Positions 44,568-53,133 of a stretch of DNA of 64,000 nt are shown here, one piece after another (positions within the stretch are counted from its first letter, which is position 1; each line of letters begins with the position of its first letter). The stretch lies in IMG/VR virus record IMGVR_UViG_3300045988_154953; one strand, written 5' to 3'. The stretch comes from a virus. The notes below the pieces were generated by a model, which was not told the origin of the DNA, did no database searches, and worked only from the letters and a program-made list of their open reading frames with translations. Position numbers and translations under genes: made by a program.

Positions 44568-44738
44568 ATGAAAAAGGAAACAATTATTGCAAGTTTTATT
44601 GAAGGAATTGCTTTGAATAGTGTAATGAAATCATTTGGGATTGAATTCTTTTCAAAGAATTGGATTATTATTTTCTTAGTAGTTGGAAGTATTTTAGCAA
44701 TAATCAACGTTACTGTTTTCGGAGAAGGAGATGAGTAA
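44568..44738 (+). CDS. hypothetical membrane protein
   Basis: ATG at 44568 after AAGAGG. Hydrophobic sequence NWIIIFLVVGSILAIINVTVF. Confidence 0.5.
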   Translation: MKKETIIASFIEGIALNSVMKSFGIEFFSKNWIIIFLVVGSILAIINVTVFGEGDE

Positions 44739-44740
44739 AT

Positions 44741-45040
44741 ATGAGATATATAAGTTATTATAAAGAATATCCAATATATGAACCGGCAGAAGGTGGTTAT
44801 TATTATCCAGGTAATTGTCTAGTTTATTCCAAAAGGAAAAGTAAACGTCAATGTCGGAAAGATTTTGAAACCATCTGGAAAGAATGCTTGAAAGAAAACG
44901 AAAGTAATCCAGAACATCCATGGATCAGAGTATACGATAATTATATTTACAAAGATAGTGAATATGTTGGCAGAGGTAAGAGCTATGTAATTGAACGGAA
45001 GCAAGGGAGTATGAGATCTGGATGGGAACCATATTGTTAA
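44741..45040 (+). CDS. hypothetical protein
   Basis: GGAGAAGGAG upstream; ORF track. Confidence 0.6.
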   Translation: MRYISYYKEYPIYEPAEGGYYYPGNCLVYSKRKSKRQCRKDFETIWKECLKENESNPEHPWIRVYDNYIYKDSEYVGRGKSYVIERKQGSMRSGWEPYC

Positions 45041-45078
45041 ATATAATGGAATTTCATTAGAATTGGAGGCAAGGAAAA

Positions 45079-45228
45079 ATGAATAGAATTGATGAAATTA
45101 TTTATAAAGAGACACAGAAGGCAGATTATGAAGAACACTGCGAACAGGAATTTGTTCATCAGGAACAGCCAAACGAAGATTATTTTGAAGGCTTAAATGA
45201 TTATTTTGATGGAACAATGAATATTTGA
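45079..45228 (+). CDS. hypothetical acidic protein (49 aa)
   Basis: Own translation MNRIDEIIYKETQKADYEEHCEQEFVHQEQPNEDYFEGLNDYFDGTMNI. TTGGAGGCAAGGA upstream. Confidence 0.5.
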   Translation: MNRIDEIIYKETQKADYEEHCEQEFVHQEQPNEDYFEGLNDYFDGTMNI

Positions 45229-45252
45229 AATTAGTATTTACTTTGGAGATGG

Positions 45253-45762
45253 ATGAATATTATGAAATTTGCTGCAATAAAAGCTCAGATGGGTATATGG
45301 AAATATTATGTAACTGCACTAACATATGAGGACATTTCTAATTGTGTATCACCTATTACAAAAGAAATTAGCAACAGTGATAGTTATGCAAATTTACTTC
45401 AAAGATCGATAACAGATAATGTTGAAAATATTAAGGAATATATTTTGAAACAGCCAGAAAGATTTTTTAATTCAATTGTACTGGCAATATATAATGGAAG
45501 TCCGAAATGGTACGAATTAGATATAAACGTTGAAGAATACTCTACATATAGTGTAGGTGTACTTGAAATAACACCTGGGAAGGAGATCATCTTTCCAGTA
45601 GATGGACAGCTTCGAGTAGAAGGAATAAAGAAAGCAATTATTGAAAATCATGATTTGGCAAACGAAAAAATACCTGTAATATTAGTTGGACATCAGAATA
45701 CTTCAGAAGGAAAACAAAGAACTAGACGATTATTTTCAACATTGCATAGAAGATCCTTTTGA
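45253..45762 (+). CDS. truncated DGQHR-domain (DndB/DpdB-like, ParB/Srx-fold) protein with DGQLR variant motif
   Basis: FPVDGQLRVEGIKKAI and RRLFSTLHRRSF* resemble the DGQHR core and the LFstLNryakpv segment, which is cut short by TGA at 45760. 169 aa; as I recall, full-length family members are roughly twice this size. Confidence 0.5.
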   Translation: MNIMKFAAIKAQMGIWKYYVTALTYEDISNCVSPITKEISNSDSYANLLQRSITDNVENIKEYILKQPERFFNSIVLAIYNGSPKWYELDINVEEYSTYSVGVLEITPGKEIIFPVDGQLRVEGIKKAIIENHDLANEKIPVILVGHQNTSEGKQRTRRLFSTLHRRSF

Positions 45763-45834
45763 CGAAGATGATGCTCTTGATTTTGAATAGCAATAAAACA
45801 ATAAAATGGTGATTAGAAAGGAGAGTAAATAATA

Positions 45835-45999
45835 ATGAGATTTTTAAATGGATTTGCGTGTTTGGCTGGTGGAATGCTTTTGAGAAAAGTGTTAAATGGA
45901 TTTGGAATTGATATTTGTTCTGTAAAAGGATTCTTGATCTGTTTAGTTGCAGCAATAGTATATATTGGGATTATTAATCTTATATTTAAAGAAAGATAA
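45835..45999 (+). CDS. hypothetical membrane protein (54 aa)
   Basis: Own translation MRFLNGFACLAGGMLLRKVLNGFGIDICSVKGFLICLVAAIVYIGIINLIFKER. AAAGGAGAG upstream. Confidence 0.5.
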   Translation: MRFLNGFACLAGGMLLRKVLNGFGIDICSVKGFLICLVAAIVYIGIINLIFKER

Positions 46000-46029
46000 T
46001 TAAACGGAAAGCATCAGGAGGAAAATGAT

Positions 46030-46224
46030 ATGAAAGTATTTTATTTAGTACAAGAGAATTTCGGATGCGTTATCTATGCAGATAATGAAAACGATGCATT
46101 TGAAAAAATGAAATGTCAAAGGAAAGAATTAATAGAAACTTTAGGATTACCATTAGATATTACACAATGGGGAATTGAGGAATTTACACCGGACTTATAT
46201 GATGGTGTCTTATGTTTTTATTAG
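46030..46224 (+). CDS. hypothetical protein
   Basis: CAGGAGGAAA upstream; ORF track. Confidence 0.55.
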   Translation: MKVFYLVQENFGCVIYADNENDAFEKMKCQRKELIETLGLPLDITQWGIEEFTPDLYDGVLCFY

Positions 46225-46302
46225 AATGAAATTATAGATGCTTTTAATGAATTGTATTAGATAAGATAAAAATGGTGTTTTAGAAAGAAAGGTATAGAAA
46301 TT

Positions 46303-46602
46303 ATGAAAATACATTGGATTGTAACAAAATCGAATAGTGATAACGCAGAGGTTGAATTCTATAGATTTTATGGCTCATCAGACGAAGTAAAAGAGAAATT
46401 GTTGTTAATGGCACAGAATAGTAACATGGTAAAATTCTCTGAAATTGACGATGATAATTATCCAGTATCAACAGACAGTGTGCAGTATGACATTGATACA
46501 AAAACTTATCTTATTGTAGTAACTGATTATTATGGTGAGACAGACGAAGTATATAGTGCGAAGGCAATAAATGATATTGACGAATTACCAGAAGAATTTT
46601 AA
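46303..46602 (+). CDS. hypothetical protein
   Basis: AGAAAGG upstream. Antisense ORF 46301..46501 rejected. Confidence 0.55.
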   Translation: MKIHWIVTKSNSDNAEVEFYRFYGSSDEVKEKLLLMAQNSNMVKFSEIDDDNYPVSTDSVQYDIDTKTYLIVVTDYYGETDEVYSAKAINDIDELPEEF

Positions 46603-46646
46603 GACAATGAAACGGAAATTTCAAAATGGTAAAAGGAGTAAAAAAA

Positions 46647-46889
46647 ATGACATTTCAAGAAGCACATAAAAATGGTAAAGGTGGATTAGTAGCAAGAAGA
46701 GAGTTATCAGAAGAAATGCTAAAAATTCGATTATCCAATTACTTTTCAGACGAAGAGATAAAAGATATTATTTTAGCGTCATCATGTTGTGATTGTTGGA
46801 CAGATGGATGTATCGCAATTGTGCAAATTGATAGCGGAAAATTTATTGCAATTGCTGATGGAAATTATATGAAACTAATCGAACCTTAA
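46647..46889 (+). CDS. hypothetical protein
   Basis: Trimmed to ATG at 46647 after AAAAGGAG. Confidence 0.55.
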   Translation: MTFQEAHKNGKGGLVARRELSEEMLKIRLSNYFSDEEIKDIILASSCCDCWTDGCIAIVQIDSGKFIAIADGNYMKLIEP

Positions 46890-46935
46890 AACACAATGAA
46901 AAGTAAAAACTCAAGTCTGAAAGGAGATTGATGAT

Positions 46936-47028
46936 ATGGCAATAATTAAGGCAAAATATGGAGGATATGGACACAAAACAGTTAATCGAAAAATTAATCA
47001 GTCCTACAGTCAACAATTCGGCCATTGA
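46936..47028 (+). CDS. hypothetical 30-aa peptide
   Basis: Own translation MAIIKAKYGGYGHKTVNRKINQSYSQQFGH. GAAAGGAG upstream. Confidence 0.35.
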   Translation: MAIIKAKYGGYGHKTVNRKINQSYSQQFGH

Positions 47029-47064
47029 ATGACCAAAAGTTGCACGGATTAGAAAGGATGAATC

Positions 47065-47430
47065 ATGTTGTTGACTACATTACTTCAAATAGAGCCAATA
47101 CTAGCGAAACAATTGAATAAAGAAACTACTGAAGTTGTTTTAAATTTTTTGAAGAATTATAAGTGTGGTATGTATATTTATCCCGGTGTATTTAAGCGGA
47201 AATTCAATATTTCTATTGAAGAAATATACTCATTACTTAATGAGATGGAAAAAATAGGTGTATTACAAAGTTACTATGAACTTGTATGTAGTAAATGTCA
47301 GAAAGTAATGGAAACCGTACGTCTATTTAATGAGCTTCCAGATTCATTTGTATGTGAATTATGCGGAGAAGAACTTCCAACCTTATCAAATTCAGTTTTA
47401 ATATACAAAGTGATAGCAAAAGATCAATGA
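47065..47430 (+). CDS. hypothetical protein with C-terminal zinc ribbon
   Basis: CSKCQKVM...CELCGEEL. AGAAAGGA upstream. Confidence 0.55.
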   Translation: MLLTTLLQIEPILAKQLNKETTEVVLNFLKNYKCGMYIYPGVFKRKFNISIEEIYSLLNEMEKIGVLQSYYELVCSKCQKVMETVRLFNELPDSFVCELCGEELPTLSNSVLIYKVIAKDQ

Positions 47431-47487
47431 TGTACTATTAACGTCTTAGAATGCACATGGCAAAAATCGGAACAGAAAGGAAACGAT

Positions 47488-47919
47488 ATGGAATACGAAC
47501 TTATTAATCCAAGTGATCCATATACATTCATTGCAGAGGACTTTGAGACAGCTGCCCTTGTAGTATTGGCATTAAGCCCGGCGTACGGAGCAGTATCAAA
47601 GGATGGCAATCAGAAGGTACCTGTGTTTATCTTCTGCCCTTCAAATATGGTGGATGAATGGTACACTGAACAGTTTGGACGAACCGCAACTGAAGGGTTA
47701 GAAGCCAAAAAGCTTCCTCTTGCAGCTAGCCTAGAGTCTATGATGCTGGGCGGATTTGAAGACAGAAAGAGATATTCTGCTGCCCTTGAAGCTATTACGG
47801 ATGAGAAAAAAAAGCAGCGATTCATTGAACAGTGGCAGGACGGGCGCAGTAGTCTCAATGACATAGGCACCCGTGCACATAAAATTGCAGAATGGATAAG
47901 AACAAAGAAAGAAGCGTAA
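47488..47919 (+). CDS. hypothetical protein (locally GC-rich gene)
   Basis: AGAAAGGAAA upstream. Composition is clearly GC-richer than neighbours. Antisense ORFs 47424..47609 and 47610..47870 rejected. Confidence 0.6.
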   Translation: MEYELINPSDPYTFIAEDFETAALVVLALSPAYGAVSKDGNQKVPVFIFCPSNMVDEWYTEQFGRTATEGLEAKKLPLAASLESMMLGGFEDRKRYSAALEAITDEKKKQRFIEQWQDGRSSLNDIGTRAHKIAEWIRTKKEA

Positions 47920-48145
47920 AGCAGATTAACGTAAATCTTGAAATTGGATTGAAAGGAAACACTGGAATGATTGATATATTGGAAGCAGCGCGCTATTTGG
48001 TGCAGCCATTGGTTGTACTCAATTATATATGTATGATATCAAAAAGGATTATAAAGAGTGTTTAAAGGATGATATTGTATTGCAACTTGTAAAACATAAA
48101 TAAAATGATCAAATGAAAAGCATATCTTAAAAGGATGGTGAGTAA

Positions 48146-48286
48146 ATGAAAATTTGTTATATATGTGGAAGAAAATCTGTTATACAAGAATTTGTATGGA
48201 AAAATGATAAATGTATATTAGTAGAGAGATGTTGCAATCCATATTGTAAAACATATAATCCATATCTTATGTGGAGATGGAAATAA
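48146..48286 (+). CDS. hypothetical Cys-rich protein (46 aa)
   Basis: Own translation MKICYICGRKSVIQEFVWKNDKCILVERCCNPYCKTYNPYLMWRWK. GGTGAG upstream. Confidence 0.45.
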   Translation: MKICYICGRKSVIQEFVWKNDKCILVERCCNPYCKTYNPYLMWRWK

Positions 48287-48323
48287 AAGTGCGATGAAAA
48301 CCGCATTTGATTGGAGGAAAAAT

Positions 48324-48467
48324 ATGAAAAAGTGGTTAAACAAACAAGTAAGCGCATTTGTACTTGGTTTTCTTGACAACTTAAAGGAGCATAGATCAAC
48401 ACCAGACAATGTGCTTGATGCATTAAATATAGTAACTGAATTTATTGTAAATAAATATTGGAGATAA
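48324..48467 (+). CDS. hypothetical protein (47 aa)
   Basis: Own translation MKKWLNKQVSAFVLGFLDNLKEHRSTPDNVLDALNIVTEFIVNKYWR. TTGGAGGAAA upstream. Confidence 0.45.
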   Translation: MKKWLNKQVSAFVLGFLDNLKEHRSTPDNVLDALNIVTEFIVNKYWR

Positions 48468-48545
48468 AGTAAATGAAGATGGACAAGAATATGCAACAGT
48501 CGATTTATGTTGTGAAATTCCTATTCAGTGTCTTGAGGTGATTTA

Positions 48546-48776
48546 ATGAGTAGAAGAGAAATTTATGTATGTGATTGCTGCGGAAAAGAAATTCCAGTTG
48601 TTAAGAGAAAAGACATTTTTGGAGTAGAAAGAGAATATTTACAGAGTGGACATTTAGAAGCGTTATATTCTGTTGGAAAGAATTTATCAATGCTTGGAGT
48701 TGATTTTTGTAAGGATTGTGCTCACAAAATTGATATAGAAATTATGGAATGGAAAATGAGTGTACTTAGTAAATGA
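48546..48776 (+). CDS. hypothetical zinc-ribbon protein
   Basis: CDCCGKE...CKDCAHK. TGAGGTG upstream. Confidence 0.55.
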   Translation: MSRREIYVCDCCGKEIPVVKRKDIFGVEREYLQSGHLEALYSVGKNLSMLGVDFCKDCAHKIDIEIMEWKMSVLSK

Positions 48777-48800
48777 GTATATTTCAATGAGGTAGGAATC

Positions 48801-49193
48801 ATGTTAGAAATGAAGAATGGATTTATAGTAACAGATAATGATTGTATGCAGTGTCGGAAAGATTTAGGAGAAAGAAAGTTTCTATTTATTCAAGCAATTC
48901 TTATGGACGGAGATAATAAATATTGTGTAGTAGCCAATGCGGAAGATTTAAAAGAAATGTCATTGAATGATATTGAAATGGCAATTTATGGTTATTACGA
49001 TAGTATAAAAGCAATGGAAGAATCTTACAAGTTGCCACTTGGTCAGTTAGATGATCTTGTTGCAGAATGTTCCTTTGAAAATCATCCATATTATGATTGT
49101 GAGTATAAAAGCGAAATTGTAACATTGGAAAGAGCAGAAGAAATTATTCAGAAGTTTATTGATACAAACGGAGAAGTATTCGAAGAAAAGTAA
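48801..49193 (+). CDS. hypothetical protein
   Basis: GAGGTAGGAA upstream. Antisense ORFs 48901..49125 and 49047..49274 rejected. Confidence 0.6.
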   Translation: MLEMKNGFIVTDNDCMQCRKDLGERKFLFIQAILMDGDNKYCVVANAEDLKEMSLNDIEMAIYGYYDSIKAMEESYKLPLGQLDDLVAECSFENHPYYDCEYKSEIVTLERAEEIIQKFIDTNGEVFEEK

Positions 49194-49207
49194 TGAGAGT
49201 GTAAAGC

Positions 49208-49396
49208 ATGGATAAAATTCAAGAACAGAAAAATGCAGAATGGAGAAGAAAAGCAAGTAAGCAATTAACACCAAATAGAGTTATAAGAAGATGGAAAAAT
49301 GAGTATGCTTGTTGTCCGGTGTGTAGAAGAGGAGTTGTAAGAGAAGATAATTTTTGTTGTAATTGTGGTCAAGCACTGGACTGGTCGTTTGATTAA
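49208..49396 (+). CDS. hypothetical zinc-ribbon protein
   Basis: CCPVCRRG...CCNCGQ; ORF track. Confidence 0.55.
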   Translation: MDKIQEQKNAEWRRKASKQLTPNRVIRRWKNEYACCPVCRRGVVREDNFCCNCGQALDWSFD

Positions 49397-49433
49397 AACA
49401 GATAAAAAACGCATTTAATAAGGAGATTATAAA

Positions 49434-49601
49434 ATGAGAAGAAAAAGTATTCTTATAGATATCCCAGTCATAGCATATCAAACCTGGTGCATTTCATGGA
49501 TATATCCAGATGAAGATGAATTTGCTGACAATATGGATTCAGCTTTTGATGATATTAAGAAAAGATATCCATATGATGAAACAAATAAACATATTAAATA
49601 A
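49434..49601 (+). CDS. hypothetical protein (55 aa)
   Basis: Own translation MRRKSILIDIPVIAYQTWCISWIYPDEDEFADNMDSAFDDIKKRYPYDETNKHIK. TAAGGAG upstream. Confidence 0.45.
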   Translation: MRRKSILIDIPVIAYQTWCISWIYPDEDEFADNMDSAFDDIKKRYPYDETNKHIK

Positions 49602-49668
49602 ATACAATGGAAGAAATTTAAAAAATATCCAGATGAAAGCCTCGTTTCAAAGGAGGGATAATACTTAG

Positions 49669-49887
49669 ATGAATGTAGCAACGTATGAGACAACACCAGA
49701 GGTACATAAGAAAGGTACATTCTTCTTTACAGATTGTGGCCATGAGATGTATTCAATCAGAGGTGATATGGCTTATCATGGTTGTTTATGTCCTGGCTGC
49801 TTCTCAAAAGGAAAAGAGACAGTATTATATATTCGTGGGTCAAAAGAAGCTAACGAATATTGGAATAAAAATAAATATAATCATTAA
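49669..49887 (+). CDS. hypothetical zinc-binding protein
   Basis: AAAGGAGGG upstream. CGHE...HGCLCPGC. The overlapping frame 49685..49900 was rejected. Confidence 0.55.
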   Translation: MNVATYETTPEVHKKGTFFFTDCGHEMYSIRGDMAYHGCLCPGCFSKGKETVLYIRGSKEANEYWNKNKYNH

Positions 49888-50047
49888 AGGAGTTATATAA
49901 AAATGTGTAGTACATTAAAGTAAGTTATGCAATATTAATTTATTACTTGATTATTTTAGATAATATAATACGGAGATGAAAACCTTAATTTAGAAACATG
50001 AGGAAAACTATAAGAATATAAAGACAATAGAAATGAGGTGAAAAATT

Positions 50048-50263
50048 ATGAAGAATAGAAAGAAACAAAAAATTAGGATTTACAATACTAGAGAGGCCAG
50101 GACTGTAGCGGAGAGAAATGGTTGGTATTTAGCTCGTACAGCCGGTGATCATTACATCTACAAACATCCAAATAACAGCAAAATTCTTACCATTTCTCAT
50201 GGATTAAATCGGATTGTATGGCAACGTGTAGTAAGAGAATATAATTTAGATTTGAGTAAGTAA
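50048..50263 (+). CDS. hicA: HicA-like mRNA-interferase toxin (YcfA family), no adjacent HicB
   Basis: TREARTVAERNGWYLARTAGDHYIYKHPNNSKILTISHGLNRIVWQRVVREYNL fits the HicA pattern (Gw..r..GsH..y.h......t.p.H...l....l..i). Confidence 0.5.
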   Translation: MKNRKKQKIRIYNTREARTVAERNGWYLARTAGDHYIYKHPNNSKILTISHGLNRIVWQRVVREYNLDLSK

Positions 50264-50376
50264 ATACATATTAATTTGTACATTGAAAACTAAACATGGG
50301 CATTTTATAGGACAGCTAAAGTGATATAATATAACCATAAACAAAGAAAACGTGAAGAAACACAGGAGGTAGAATT

Positions 50377-51000
50377 ATGTTAGCAGCATTACTTTTTGGA
50401 GCAGCGATTGTAGTTAGTGGAGTTTGTGCATTTAAAGATGATGTAAGTACAAAAGCCAGTTCGAGGAGAATTGATGAAAAAGGGAATGTTCATTATTATG
50501 ATCGAAAAGGTCAAGATTACATTAACGGCGAAAAGGTTATTGATACATGGTTTTATGACAAAGATCATAACTTTCATCCTGTAAAAAAAGGCGCTAACAC
50601 AGGTAAGATTTATCAGGACAAGTATCAGGATAATATGGACAGACTTGCTAGGGAGAGCTTAGAGAATAAAAAGAGAGCTATAAAAGGGGGATATTTGGGA
50701 TATGTAAAATATATTCCACAAACAAAATGTTGGGGATTTGCAGAAGTGTCTACAGATAAGATCATTGCATGTTTATTCGGAGTTGGCAAGGTATATAGAA
50801 AGTTTTATTGGAGTGGAATAGGTACATGTGAGGCTGATATTGTCCATTTTGCTAAAGGTGACTATGGTGTTCCGATAAGCAAAGAAGAGTATGAAAATTT
50901 GAAGAAAAATTTCGGAGATACGTATACAGCTTCTTGGCCATTTTCTGATGATGAAGTTTCAGACTATTATATGTGTTATGATCATGAAGCAGATAAGTAA
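50377..51000 (+). CDS. hypothetical membrane-anchored protein
   Basis: N-terminal TM MLAALLFGAAIVVSGVCAF. CAGGAGG upstream. Confidence 0.6.
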   Translation: MLAALLFGAAIVVSGVCAFKDDVSTKASSRRIDEKGNVHYYDRKGQDYINGEKVIDTWFYDKDHNFHPVKKGANTGKIYQDKYQDNMDRLARESLENKKRAIKGGYLGYVKYIPQTKCWGFAEVSTDKIIACLFGVGKVYRKFYWSGIGTCEADIVHFAKGDYGVPISKEEYENLKKNFGDTYTASWPFSDDEVSDYYMCYDHEADK

Positions 51001-51110
51001 ATAACTATGACGTTGGAAATGGAAACTGGTTTAAGCGAAAGAATGTAAATAGTTTTGAATATGCATTAAAAGAATTAGAGTGAAAATAATTAGATAAATG
51101 AGGCGATAAT

Positions 51111-51410
51111 ATGACATATACAATAGAATTTAATTCAACTCAACTTACGATGGATATCTGCAAGAAAGCAGATGATATTATATCGTCTGGTATGATTGAA
51201 GAAGTATTACCGGGCCTTGTCTCGTTTCATGATTTAGATGAAGGGGATGTAGAAGAGGCAATGCGCTTTATTCTGAAGCGTTTCAAAAATCCGGTATGTG
51301 ATATTGCAAGAGAACAGTATAAGGGGTGCTTTTGTTCTCTTGAATATATTCAATTTGGAATTAAAAATATCGAGCAATTAAGTAAGATATTTAAACCAGA
51401 GATTTTATAG
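51111..51410 (+). CDS. hypothetical protein
   Basis: ATGAGG upstream; ORF track. Confidence 0.55.
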   Translation: MTYTIEFNSTQLTMDICKKADDIISSGMIEEVLPGLVSFHDLDEGDVEEAMRFILKRFKNPVCDIAREQYKGCFCSLEYIQFGIKNIEQLSKIFKPEIL

Positions 51411-51456
51411 GGCGTAACGATAAATCAAAAGTTTCATAGAAAATGGGATGAAATAA

Positions 51457-51732
51457 ATGCTTAATGCGACTAATTGGAAAGAATTAAAGAAACAATTGAA
51501 ACAGATACAGGGTAAGGCTATATTTAAGTTGGAACGTGTTAATAGTATGAATGACGGAACGTTCTATAGAGTATTACACCAGGTAAAACCACATGAATTA
51601 GTTTTCTTTGATGGAAAGCAACAAGTATATTTACAAGTAAATACAGAAACAGAAAATAAAATTGTATACTTTGAAAATGGTTTTAGAATTGGAAACTGCA
51701 CTTATATATTAGATAGAATTATGGAGGTATAA
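51457..51732 (+). CDS. hypothetical protein
   Basis: ORF track; weak RBS ATGGGATG. Confidence 0.5.
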   Translation: MLNATNWKELKKQLKQIQGKAIFKLERVNSMNDGTFYRVLHQVKPHELVFFDGKQQVYLQVNTETENKIVYFENGFRIGNCTYILDRIMEV

Positions 51733-51734
51733 TC

Positions 51735-51959
51735 ATGAATGCTGTCCAAGAAGAATGGGAGAAAATGAGAATTGCATATCAAAATAGGTACGCAAAAATG
51801 TGTAAAAAGATAAAGGAAAATGAATTTAATACCGATAATCACGGAGCTTTACTTGAAATGAGCTATGTTTTGATTACTGTGTTTGGATTGACGAATAAAC
51901 AGGTACAAGAAATTGAAAGAAATGACGGATTTACAAATGCAGATGTGAAAAATACGTAG
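51735..51959 (+). CDS. hypothetical protein
   Basis: ATGGAGG upstream; ORF track. Confidence 0.55.
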   Translation: MNAVQEEWEKMRIAYQNRYAKMCKKIKENEFNTDNHGALLEMSYVLITVFGLTNKQVQEIERNDGFTNADVKNT

Positions 51960-52008
51960 AGCTGCCAATTGGTAGCTCTTTTATTTTAGTTAAGGATAGA
52001 GGTGTGCT

Positions 52009-52569
52009 ATGAAACAAAAACAATTCAAATGGACAGAAAGCGAAATTAGATACCTTGAAAGGAATTATATTAAGCAACCAGTAACAATTACAGCTAAACA
52101 TCTTGGAAGAACCAAAAATTCCGTGAAGCATAAAGCTAGTAAATTAGGTATCTGTAATTATAGATATGAATATATAAACGCAACAGAAGCAGCCAAATGT
52201 TTTGGTATTTCTACTTGTCATTTTATAAAACTTGTTGATAAGGGATTGCCATATGAATTTTCTGTTATGTATGAACATCAAAATATGTTATTGTTTTCAG
52301 CGGAAAATATATGGAAATGGATGGAAGAAAATAAGCACATTATTAATTGGGCTAAATATAAGAAAGGGAGTCTTCTTCCAGAACCGCAATGGTTAAATGA
52401 TGCTATTTCTGAATACACAACTCCGAATAAACATAAAAGAATTTCTGAATCAGAGATAAACAATATAAAAATAATGCAAAAGCGTGGAATGACAAATAGA
52501 GAAATTGCTACAATACTTGGAAGAACTTATTATTCAGTTAAAACTATTTCTAAAACTTTATGGAAATAA
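52009..52569 (+). CDS. putative DNA-binding protein with N- and C-terminal HTH-like segments
   Basis: WTESEIRYLERNY...ITAKHLGRTKNSVKHKASKLGI (Myb/SANT-like) and GMTNREIATILGRTYYSVKTISK (sigma-r4/LuxR-like). Tentative. Confidence 0.4.
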   Translation: MKQKQFKWTESEIRYLERNYIKQPVTITAKHLGRTKNSVKHKASKLGICNYRYEYINATEAAKCFGISTCHFIKLVDKGLPYEFSVMYEHQNMLLFSAENIWKWMEENKHIINWAKYKKGSLLPEPQWLNDAISEYTTPNKHKRISESEINNIKIMQKRGMTNREIATILGRTYYSVKTISKTLWK

Positions 52570-52627
52570 AACAAATGTTCTGATATAATAGTATATAGAA
52601 TAATTTATTTAATATTGGAGGATTAAT

Positions 52628-53023
52628 ATGAATACAATGAAAATAACCGATGTTTATGGTAAAGAAAGTATTGTCGATGTAAGCCAAAAAAAACTTTATT
52701 TATATTCCAACAAAAACAATAGATCTGAATGGCAAGCTCCCATTGTAAAAGATGGAATTCATGTAACGAATGTGTGGGTAAATTATATTGTACCAGAGCG
52801 AATTGATGATATTGAAAGAAGATGTGAATCAAGTGAAAGTGTTGTACAAATTGGTTATCATATTGAATTAAATAATTGTAGAGATAGTGATAGCGATAAA
52901 AGGATTTGGAATAAGCTGATTGACTACGTTACAATACACCAGGAAGATTTCTTCGATGAATATGGTGATTGGCTGCCAGGGCTAGAAGTTACAGACGATA
53001 TGATACGGAAATGGATCAAATGA
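52628..53023 (+). CDS. hypothetical protein
   Basis: TTGGAGGA upstream. Antisense ORF 52623..52832 rejected. Confidence 0.6.
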   Translation: MNTMKITDVYGKESIVDVSQKKLYLYSNKNNRSEWQAPIVKDGIHVTNVWVNYIVPERIDDIERRCESSESVVQIGYHIELNNCRDSDSDKRIWNKLIDYVTIHQEDFFDEYGDWLPGLEVTDDMIRKWIK

Positions 53024-53035
53024 TTGATTTGACAT

Positions 53036-53068
53036 GGAGGTATAGTTAATTCTATATCTCCTTTTTTA
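53036..53068 (+). terminator. Rho-independent terminator
   Basis: 10-bp stem GGAGGUAUAG/CUAUAUCUCC (53036-53045 / 53052-53061; one G-U pair valid only in plus sense), followed by U6. Confidence 0.7.
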
Positions 53069-53074
53069 ATAATA

Positions 53075-53103
53075 TTGACAGCTGTACGCTATTAGCGTAT
53101 AAT
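53075..53103 (+). promoter_or_regulatory. consensus sigma-A-type promoter with palindromic spacer
   Basis: TTGACA (53075-53080), 17-nt spacer GCTGTACGCTATTAGCG containing TACGCTA-T-TAGCGTA, TATAAT (53098-53103). Confidence 0.7.
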
Positions 53104-53133
53104 AGATGTATAAATTGAAGGGAGATTTTGATA

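Noticed and set aside
47940-48110. Possible frameshifted small membrane-protein gene (MIDILEAARY... / ...IGSSALFGAAIGCTQLYMYDIKKDYKECLKDDIVLQLVKHK).
   Set aside because: The RBS is weak, both pieces are very short, and there is no homopolymer at the putative shift site. The evidence is insufficient to call it.
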